DNA of 64,000 nt from NCBI GenBank assembly GCA_041664605.1, contig JBAYKO010000002.1, forward strand, positions 7,453-71,452, in the 5' to 3' direction. Source of the DNA: Minisyncoccota bacterium (GTDB lineage: Bacteria; Patescibacteriota; Minisyncoccia; Phycocordibacterales; UBA9973). Under the pieces are notes generated by a model. It made no database searches. It worked only from the letters and a program-made list of their open reading frames with translations, and had not been told where the DNA came from. Positions within the stretch are counted from its first letter, which is position 1. Each line of letters opens with the position of its first letter. Below are positions 57,451 through 64,000 of the stretch, piece after piece. The translations under genes were made by a program, and so were the position numbers.

Positions 57451-57515
57451 TAGGGAGAATCGGACTCCCGTCTCATCCTTGGCAAGGACGTGTTCTACCA
57501 CTAAACCATACCCGC
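57445..57515 (-). tRNA. tRNA-Gly(GCC)
   Basis: GCGGGTATGGTTTAGTGGTAGAACACGTCCTTGCCAAGGATGAGACGGGAGTCCGATTCTCCCTACCCGCA cloverleaf. Confidence 0.93.
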
Positions 57516-57634
57516 ATTATTTAATTTTTAATAAAAAGTAATTTTAATATAACAAAAAAAAGAGTTTTTTTCAAATTTCCAATTTAAAAGCCCCCAATTG
57601 GGGGCTTTAAATTTCAGCTGAAATTTGCAGATTT

Positions 57635-57868
57635 TTAGTTCGAGCCGACAAAAATAGTTTTGCCAACCAACTCCGGTTCATCAGAGGTAATTGTGTGAAA
57701 AACAATCTTTGGTTTTTTATCAACAAAAACAGTCAATTCGCCGGGTTTTTGCAAAATCCCTTCAGTTTTTGATGCTTTTATAAGAGTTTTTGCAACTTCA
57801 ATTACCTTTGTTTCAAAAGCTTTGTTTATCTTCACAATACTCAATCCTTTCTTTTTTGTTTCTGGCAT
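57635..57868 (-). CDS. Small orphan protein (cassette-like)
   Basis: Own promoter TTGACA-16-TATTAT-6-GGA and terminator at 57586-57609. Confidence 0.65.
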   Translation of the reverse strand: MPETKKKGLSIVKINKAFETKVIEVAKTLIKASKTEGILQKPGELTVFVDKKPKIVFHTITSDEPELVGKTIFVGSN

Positions 57869-57931
57869 AAAATTTTAAATTAATAACTTATTTCCTTTTT
57901 TATAATATCAAATTATATAAAAATGTCAATA

Positions 57932-58663
57932 CTATCTCTCATTTCCAAATTCATCTGTCTGTTTTAGTCCTTTTTGTCTCCAATAGACTGATTTTATGGT
58001 CGCCTTTAGTGAGGGAATGGATTCTTTTAAATCATCGAGATAATAACCTTCTTTATTAACATAGGTTTTTTTAATAGGATCATAAGTAAAAATAGATTCT
58101 TGATAAGCAAACATACCAGCGCCATCAGGGTCAGTTGTCCTAATAGTTGTACCGAAATCAATAATAACAGGTTTACATTTATCATTTATTAAAACATTTC
58201 CGCTTCTTAAATCACGGTGAATAAACCCGGCTTTGTGCATTTTTTTTACTTCATTTTCTAAATCTTTAAAAAAGATATCTAATTCAAACCCTTCTGGAAG
58301 TTCTTTTTTACCACTTGATACATCCTCAATAGAAATACCTGATCTTTCCATAAAATAATACAATGCTCCTTTTTCATCTTTTAAAATAAGAATGGGTTCT
58401 GGGACAGAAACTCCTTTATTAAAAAGCTCCAATTGTGTATTAAACTCTTCTTCTAAATCATTACCTTTCATAAAAGGCACTTCTCGTATTTTTTTAAAAC
58501 AAATTCCAGATAATTGAGTATTTTCCAGTGCATTTACGGTGGCATTTCCACCATCACCAATAACTTCAAATTTATTAATAAAAAGCTCAAGATTATTAGT
58601 TACAATCTTTGACTTCTCGCTTTCTGGATTTCCTATTTTTAGAGTAATGTTATTTTTAACCAT
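57932..58663 (-). CDS. Protein kinase-like enzyme (Ser/Thr or RIO/Bud32/Kdo-like)
   Basis: IGDGGNATV, FME, IHRDLRSGNVLI, IIDFG. Confidence 0.85.
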   Translation of the reverse strand: MVKNNITLKIGNPESEKSKIVTNNLELFINKFEVIGDGGNATVNALENTQLSGICFKKIREVPFMKGNDLEEEFNTQLELFNKGVSVPEPILILKDEKGALYYFMERSGISIEDVSSGKKELPEGFELDIFFKDLENEVKKMHKAGFIHRDLRSGNVLINDKCKPVIIDFGTTIRTTDPDGAGMFAYQESIFTYDPIKKTYVNKEGYYLDDLKESIPSLKATIKSVYWRQKGLKQTDEFGNER

Positions 58664-58791
58664 TTTATTGTCGGGGGTGCCGAGAATCTCCCCTTACTGG
58701 GGCTGGTGATTTTCCCATCTACTATATGGAAAATCCTTTCAATTCTCGACGCAGGTGAAGCAGTTCACCTGCTTCACCCCTCACTTGCGTG
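58664..58791 (-). ncRNA. Structured tRNA-Pro trailer element
   Basis: CTGC-loop hairpin, antisense of T-arm, two inner hairpins, direct copy of tRNA 3' end; 35 nt identical to 60490-60524. Confidence 0.6.
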
Positions 58792-58862
58792 TCGGGGTGC
58801 CGAGAATCGAACTCGGGCCACATGATCCCAAATCATGGATACTACCGCTATACTACACCCCG
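58792..58862 (-). tRNA. tRNA-Pro(TGG)
   Basis: CGGGGTGTAGTATAGCGGTAGTATCCATGATTTGGGATCATGTGGCCCGAGTTCGATTCTCGGCACCCCGA. Confidence 0.93.
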
Positions 58863-59005
58863 GTATTTGTTTTTAATTAAAAAACTTTATATATATTATC
58901 ATATTTTTTCACAAAAACAATTTTTATTTTATGGATAAATTTAACTATTTGACAAAATAAATAAATGTGATAGTATAGTAATCAGAAAAAATAAAATTTG
59001 AAAAG

Positions 59006-59431
59006 ATGAAAAAAGTGTTTTATTTATTAGTTCTTATTGTGTTGATAGGTTGTTCCAATAAAGAAACTTTTTTGGAGAATGATTTTAAAGAAAATTCTTT
59101 TACACTTGAAGATGGGTCAAAAATTCAAATCCAAGTAAATCAAATAAACAAATATGAATTTTCTATTGAAGTAAAAAGTAGTGATACAAATTCTTTTATC
59201 GGTTTTGCCAAATCTAGTCCTATGGAAAGCACTAAACTCCAACCTTACATAGGTGATTTGGGTTTATATAAAGGACATTTTAAAGTTAATTTTGATCCAC
59301 AACCTGGACAATATTTAAATATCTATAAGATTGGAGTCGCAAAACACAATGAAAATCCAGGATATTTTATTGAACGAATAAAATATGTTTATTTCAGAAG
59401 TGAAACAGATTTTTGTATTCCAGAAAAATAA
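59006..59431 (+). CDS. Orphan cassette lipoprotein
   Basis: Lipobox LIGC; promoter TTGACA-16-TAGTAT-7-AGA at 58949-58986; terminator at 59444-59468. Confidence 0.78.
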   Translation: MKKVFYLLVLIVLIGCSNKETFLENDFKENSFTLEDGSKIQIQVNQINKYEFSIEVKSSDTNSFIGFAKSSPMESTKLQPYIGDLGLYKGHFKVNFDPQPGQYLNIYKIGVAKHNENPGYFIERIKYVYFRSETDFCIPEK

Positions 59432-59470
59432 AAATTCATTTAGAAAAGCCGGCTAAAACCGGCTTTTTGT

Positions 59471-59875
59471 TTACAAAATCACATTATCTAAAATTTTTAT
59501 TTTGGCTAAATTATTTTTAAGGTCAAGGTATACAGCAATCACTCCGAATTCCCATTCCCTATCGTCGGGGATATTTTTCTCCAGCAAATAAACTTGAATG
59601 GTAGTTGAAAGTCTTTTAATCTTCCATGGATGAACATTTTCTTCAGGTCTATAACCATCATTTGTTTCATGTGTAACACTTAAATTAGCCGAGTTTGTCT
59701 TAACCTCAAAGAAATATAGCTTATTTTTCTTTTCTCCAATAATATCAATTTCCCCACATTTCTTCGTATAATTCCTGTCTATTATTTTAAATCCTTGTTT
59801 TATTAGATATTTACAGGCCAATTTCTCGCCAATTTCCCCTATTTTTTGATTTTCTGAGGTAAAAACTTTTGGCAT
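59471..59875 (-). CDS. yraN: YraN family (UPF0102) protein
   Basis: GEIGEKLACKYL...GFKIIDRNY...GEIDII...FFEVKT. Confidence 0.92.
   Translation of the reverse strand: MPKVFTSENQKIGEIGEKLACKYLIKQGFKIIDRNYTKKCGEIDIIGEKKNKLYFFEVKTNSANLSVTHETNDGYRPEENVHPWKIKRLSTTIQVYLLEKNIPDDREWEFGVIAVYLDLKNNLAKIKILDNVIL
59663..59678. promoter_or_regulatory. parS-like site inside yraN
   Basis: TGTTTCATGTGTAACA vs consensus TGTTTCACGTGAAACA. Confidence 0.65.
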
Positions 59876-59883
59876 AAACGATT

Positions 59884-59899
59884 TGTTTCATATGAAACA
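59884..59899. promoter_or_regulatory. parS-like site
   Basis: TGTTTCATATGAAACA. Confidence 0.7.
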
Positions 59900-59918
59900 A
59901 TAAAAACTTACTTAAATG

Positions 59919-59934
59919 TGTTTCACGTGAAACG
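59919..59934. promoter_or_regulatory. parS site
   Basis: TGTTTCACGTGAAACG, 15/16 to consensus. Confidence 0.8.
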
Positions 59935-60095
59935 ATTTTACTATTTATTAGACAATTAATCTGTTTTAAAATACTTGTCTCTTAAAATACCATTATAAAA
60001 TAAGGATATTAGTTACAACACAGAAAAAATTTTAAGACAAAAATTGACTTGAAATCCCCAATAATTTGTGTCTTTTATGAACATATTCAACATAG

Positions 60096-60104
60096 TTATC
60101 CACA
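60096..60104 (+). promoter_or_regulatory. DnaA box
   Basis: TTATCCACA in an AT-rich intergenic region next to parS sites; single copy. Confidence 0.4.
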
Positions 60105-60180
60105 GTTTCCTTTAAAAAATCCTTAATTTAAAAGGATTTTTATAATTTATAAAAGACAGCAGTATTACAAAAAGACATAA

Positions 60181-60471
60181 TTACTTCAATCCTTTTAATT
60201 TTTCTTCCAATTTAACCATTTTAGCAGCCAATCTTCCTATCTTAGCTTTTTTCTTAAAAATTTCTTGATTTAATTCTTGTTTCTTTTCTTCATTATTTAT
60301 ATTACGTTCTCCATTTTCATATTTTCTTTGTTGTTCTAAAACAATGACTTCCTTCTCAAGTTTTTCTTTCTCTTCTTTTTTAACTTCTATTTCAACTTTA
60401 ATAGTCTCCTTTTCTGAGAAGTTATCTTCGTTATTTAAATTTGGTATTAAATTATTCTTGTTTATTTTCAT
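60181..60471 (-). CDS. Hypothetical coiled-coil protein
   Basis: K/E-rich; starts just after the tRNA-Gly trailer element. Confidence 0.6.
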   Translation of the reverse strand: MKINKNNLIPNLNNEDNFSEKETIKVEIEVKKEEKEKLEKEVIVLEQQRKYENGERNINNEEKKQELNQEIFKKKAKIGRLAAKMVKLEEKLKGLK

Positions 60472-60590
60472 AGGATATTGTCGGGATGGGAGAATCTCCC
60501 CTTACTGGGGCTGGTGATTTTCCCGTCTTCGACATGGAAAATCCTTTCGATTCTCCACGCAGATAAAGCAGTTTATCTGCTCATCTACGC
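60472..60590 (-). ncRNA. Structured tRNA-Gly trailer element
   Basis: Homolog of 58664-58791 with compensatory changes matching tRNA-Gly. Confidence 0.6.
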
Positions 60591-60664
60591 TGGTGCGGGA
60601 TGGGAGAATCGAACTCCCAACCTCAGTTTGGAAAACTGACGTTTTACCATTAAACTAATCCCGC
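60591..60664 (-). tRNA. tRNA-Gly(TCC), CCA encoded
   Basis: GCGGGATTAGTTTAATGGTAAAACGTCAGTTTTCCAAACTGAGGTTGGGAGTTCGATTCTCCCATCCCGCACCA. Confidence 0.93.
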
Positions 60665-60770
60665 ATTGAATTTATTATTAAAATTCAAAAAGATTATAGC
60701 ATATTATTTTTATTTTTAAAATAAAATAACCTATTAATTTTCCCTTATTTTGTGTATAATTCGACTTAGG

Positions 60771-60842
60771 GCGCCCGTAGCTCAACGGATAGAGTACTTG
60801 TCTTCGGAACAAGTGATGTGGGTTCGATTCCTGCCGGGCGCA
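60771..60842 (+). tRNA. tRNA-Arg(TCG)
   Basis: GCGCCCGTAGCTCAACGGATAGAGTACTTGTCTTCGGAACAAGTGATGTGGGTTCGATTCCTGCCGGGCGCA. Confidence 0.93.
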
Positions 60843-60998
60843 CAAAGAGAGAGAAAATATTAACTGCTTAATATTTTTGATGCTTTGTGCGAGACGGAAG
60901 TATGTTTTTTCAGCAGAAAAAACAACTGAGTCAGGGTCGGGAAATTTTAAGAGTGGCTGACGAGTAAAATATTCCTGACCACAAAGACAACAATAACC
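60843..60998 (+). ncRNA. Structured tRNA-Arg trailer / cca leader
   Basis: AAAATATTAA-CTGC-TTAATATTTT hairpin; CTTTGTG...CACAAAG closing stem with two inner hairpins. Confidence 0.5.
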
Positions 60999-62504
60999 AT
61001 GAAACATCAATTTAAAATACCAGAAGAAGTTTCACGTGTAACAGAAACTTTAGAAAAAGCGGGATTTGAAGCCTATCTTGTTGGTGGGTGTGTTCGTGAT
61101 ATCTTATCGGACAAAGAGCCTAAAGACTGGGATGTGACCACAAATGCTACACCTGAGCAGATAATTGGTTTGTTTGAAAAGACTTATTACGAGAACTCTT
61201 TTGGAACAGTAGGAGTGGTTGTTTCATGTGAAACTAATATTGTTTCCTCTTCTATAACCTATAACCTAGAACCTAGAACCTGTATCATTGAGATAACTCC
61301 TTATAGATTAGAAGCAAAATATAGCGATAATAGACATCCAGACTCTGTTTCATTCAGTAATAAACTAGAAGATGATCTTAAGAGACGTGATTTTACTGTA
61401 AATGCCATAGCTTATAGTGTTTCTAAAGGACAGTTTATTGACCTTTATAACGGACAAAAGGACATAAAGGACAAAATAATCAGAACGGTAGGAAATCCAA
61501 AAGACAGGTTCCAAGAAGACGCACTTAGGCTTTTAAGAGCCGTTAGGTTTTTCGCTCAGCTTGGTTTCGTGATAGAAAAAGAAACAGGGGATGCGATCTT
61601 AGAAAATGCCCATCTTTTAAAAAATATTTCCAAAGAAAGAATCCGTGATGAATTTATAAAAATAATAATGTCGGAAGATCCAATGAAGGGAATTATCATG
61701 GCAGAAAAATTTGGAATTTTAAAATACATAATTCCAGAACTTGAAATTATGATTGGAGTAAAACAAAACGGTGATCACATTTATGATGTTTGGGAACACA
61801 GTCTTCGTGCCCTGCAACATGGAGCTGATAGAAATTTTTCTTTGGAAGTTAGATTGGCGGCACTGCTTCATGATATTGGAAAACCAAAAACTCGTTTTTG
61901 GTCAAAAGAAAAAAATGATTACACATTTTATGGTCATGATGTTGTTAGTGAAAGAATCACAAAAAAAATTCTTGATGATTTAAAATTTCCCAAAAAAACA
62001 ATTGAAACTGTCTCAAAACTCGTTAGAAATCATATGTTTTTTTCAGATATTGAAAAAATTACGCTTTCAGCAGTGAGAAGAATTGTAAGGAATGTTGGTG
62101 CAGATAATGTTTGGGATTTGATGAAAGTAAGAGCCTGTGATCGTATTGGAATGGGAAAGCCAAAAGAAGCTCCTTATCGTTTACGCAAATATGAATCAAT
62201 GATTGAAGAAGCAATGCGTTCTCCTGTATCTGTTGGAATGTTAAAAATTGATGGGTTAAAAATTATGAAAATCACAAATGAAAAACCAGGGAAAAAAATT
62301 GGCTATCTTTTGCATGCACTTCTTGAAGAAGTTTTTGATCATCCAGAATTAAACACTGAAGAATTTTTAGAAAATAGAGCGGTGGAATTAATAAAACTTT
62401 CTGAAAAAGAATTGCACGATCTCGGTGAAAAAGGGAAGGAGAAAAAAGATATTGAAGAAGAAAAAGAACTCGAAATAATCCGCAAGAGACACGGGGTGAG
62501 ATAA
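60999..62504 (+). CDS. cca: CCA tRNA nucleotidyltransferase with HD domain
   Basis: VGGCVRD..DWD, RRDFTVNA, EDALRLLRAVRF, HDIGK. Confidence 0.95.
   Translation: MKHQFKIPEEVSRVTETLEKAGFEAYLVGGCVRDILSDKEPKDWDVTTNATPEQIIGLFEKTYYENSFGTVGVVVSCETNIVSSSITYNLEPRTCIIEITPYRLEAKYSDNRHPDSVSFSNKLEDDLKRRDFTVNAIAYSVSKGQFIDLYNGQKDIKDKIIRTVGNPKDRFQEDALRLLRAVRFFAQLGFVIEKETGDAILENAHLLKNISKERIRDEFIKIIMSEDPMKGIIMAEKFGILKYIIPELEIMIGVKQNGDHIYDVWEHSLRALQHGADRNFSLEVRLAALLHDIGKPKTRFWSKEKNDYTFYGHDVVSERITKKILDDLKFPKKTIETVSKLVRNHMFFSDIEKITLSAVRRIVRNVGADNVWDLMKVRACDRIGMGKPKEAPYRLRKYESMIEEAMRSPVSVGMLKIDGLKIMKITNEKPGKKIGYLLHALLEEVFDHPELNTEEFLENRAVELIKLSEKELHDLGEKGKEKKDIEEEKELEIIRKRHGVR
61028..61043. promoter_or_regulatory. 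parS-like site inside cca (codes VSRVT)
   Basis: AGTTTCACGTGTAACA. Confidence 0.65.
61220..61235. promoter_or_regulatory. parS-like site inside cca (codes VSCET)
   Basis: TGTTTCATGTGAAACT. Confidence 0.65.
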
Positions 62505-62547
62505 AGAAAAACCGGTCAATTGACCGGTTTTTTTAAAAAAGCTTTTC

Positions 62548-63261
62548 TTACCCTAAAATCTTAATGCCAAGTAAATGACAATTTTCCTCTCTGGGACCAA
62601 AAACATAATAATGAACCCCAAGGCCACGCTGACCTGGTTTCCTTTTTGAATCACAGTTGTATAAACACAGACAAATTGAATTTGAATAAAGCATTTTGGA
62701 AATTGTTCCAAGAGCCATAATTGGAAATTTTCTTTGAACTTCAGAATGGGTTGCCCCAAAAGCCAAAAGTTCAAATGCAGTAGCTGGGTGGAAACCCTTA
62801 GATTCCATGTTCTTTGTTTCTTCATCAACCTTACCCTTAAAAGGTAAAACTTTAGCAGCGACCTTGACGATTTTATTAGTATTTTCAGTTTTTTTGAATG
62901 AAAAATTATTTATGTCATCATTTTGCCAGTCATAATTTCCCTGAGAAATCATTTCCTTGATATTTTTTGAGTAATCAACATCAAAATAATAGGTTTCAGC
63001 TTCAGAACTTAAGAGGTAGCCGAGTTTTTCTTGAAGTTTGGCTGCATCTTCTTCTAATTTTTTTATTCGTTCTTTTGTTTTTTCTATTGTTTTTTGTTCT
63101 TGCTTGATCTTAATATTTCGATCAATCAGAGAGAGAATAAATCCAAGAAGAATTATCACTGACCCCCAGTGATCAAGGGTAAATTTTTCATTCAACAATT
63201 CGAGAACGATTCCTAAGATTACCAGGAAAGCTGCAATGTAAATCAAAATTTGCTTTTTCAC
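62548..63261 (-). CDS. Hypothetical protein (2 TM, coiled coil, globular domain)
   Basis: 237 aa; GFHPATAFELLAFGATHSEVQRKFPIMALG; shares terminator 62506-62533 with cca. Confidence 0.75.
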   Translation of the reverse strand: MKKQILIYIAAFLVILGIVLELLNEKFTLDHWGSVIILLGFILSLIDRNIKIKQEQKTIEKTKERIKKLEEDAAKLQEKLGYLLSSEAETYYFDVDYSKNIKEMISQGNYDWQNDDINNFSFKKTENTNKIVKVAAKVLPFKGKVDEETKNMESKGFHPATAFELLAFGATHSEVQRKFPIMALGTISKMLYSNSICLCLYNCDSKRKPGQRGLGVHYYVFGPREENCHLLGIKILG

Positions 63262-63278
63262 TTTTTTGTCGTCAGTGA

Positions 63279-63833
63279 TTATAGTGCTGACTCCGCACTT
63301 TTATTTTGTTTATTTATTTTTTTACAGAAAACAAAGATTTGTTGGTTCCCATGCCAGAAAATGCGTCCTCCACAATCATCACTTCCACCAAGATAAAGAA
63401 TATTATTAATGTTATAAACTAAATAGTGATAGAAAAAGATTAGAGAGCCATCTGTGGGCTTAATTGGAATATGGAGCTTCTCACCCTCTGGCTGATCTTG
63501 GTATTGTAATCGTAATTGGGGGCCAGCTTCATATGGACAATAATCTAAGTCTAACGCTTCAGCTCTATCACAAATATCCGGATAGATGGCACCATCTCTA
63601 AATCCGAGATCTGCTACAGTTACTTTAATTAATTGAATTTCCACAGGAGTTTCAATAAGTAAAGTTTTTCTTAGGTGGCAATCATAAGGTTGATCATTTC
63701 CTTTACAAAGAAAAAGAAGATAATCACCATAGGTTCCAATTTTAATATTGTTTGTTTTAAATGTTTTATTTAATACATTTAGATCTTGTGGAATAACATC
63801 AATTGTTTTCCAAGTTTCAAAATTTGTTTTCAT
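63279..63833 (-). CDS. Hypothetical protein, first gene of two-gene cassette
   Basis: VTVADLGF...LDYCPYEAGPQLRLQYQDQPEGE; promoter TTGACA-17-TATACT-6-AGA at 63917-63954. Confidence 0.75.
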   Translation of the reverse strand: MKTNFETWKTIDVIPQDLNVLNKTFKTNNIKIGTYGDYLLFLCKGNDQPYDCHLRKTLLIETPVEIQLIKVTVADLGFRDGAIYPDICDRAEALDLDYCPYEAGPQLRLQYQDQPEGEKLHIPIKPTDGSLIFFYHYLVYNINNILYLGGSDDCGGRIFWHGNQQIFVFCKKINKQNKSAESAL

Positions 63834-64000
63834 TTTTTATAAATTTAATTGGTTAGTCGGGGATTCTAGAATTTCCCCGTGCAACCAATCAAATTATTTT
63901 TCAAATAACTTTAATTTCTGATCAAAGTATAGCAAAATATTTTATAATTGTCAAGTTGTTCCGACAAATTAAATCTAGATTTTTATAAAATAAGATTAAA

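Noticed and set aside
58670-58750. tRNA pseudogene or intron-containing tRNA at the duplicated 3' ends (also 60480-60560)
   Set aside because: Only the last ~17-19 nt of the tRNA are repeated; no D or anticodon arm, and the upstream tRNAs are intact
2371-62828. Numerous short antisense/overlapping ORFs in the track (e.g. 2999-3211, 5577-5990, 13333-13788, 44114-44521, 52714-53103, 60678-61010)
   Set aside because: Shadows of well-supported genes or tRNAs on the other strand/frame, with no independent signals

Overview
AT-rich chromosomal segment of a Patescibacteria/CPR bacterium (Parcubacteria-like; standard genetic code, rpmD/L30 absent, Lys-rich r-protein extensions, mostly SD-less leaders). 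The left 22.5 kb is the str/S10/spc ribosomal cluster on the minus strand (rpsL to secY). It is followed by rpmB, comEC, rnhA, recJ, pgk, tpiA, a cluster of secreted Gly/Cys-rich proteins, nusA, tig, clpP, rny, hup, four tRNAs, a parS cluster and cca. The most striking unexplained structure is non-coding. (1) About 19 unrelated orphan ORFs are each packaged as a self-contained unit (TTGAC-like -35, 15-17 bp spacer, TAnnnT, 6-7 bp, then AGA, often AGAAAAGTAAATT; ORF; GC hairpin terminator). They are dropped singly or in arrays between housekeeping genes, even inside the ribosomal operons. (2) Three tRNAs carry a related ~120-150 nt structured trailer that contains an antisense and a direct copy of the cognate tRNA 3' end and abuts the next start codon. 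(3) A family of CCC...GGG inverted-repeat mini-elements has 4-bp flanking duplications, and one carries a GIY-YIG nuclease. (4) Five-unit CTA heptamer arrays sit where an SD would be in rpsN, fusA, nusA, clpP and hup. All calls come from reading the sequence by eye; no database searches were run.
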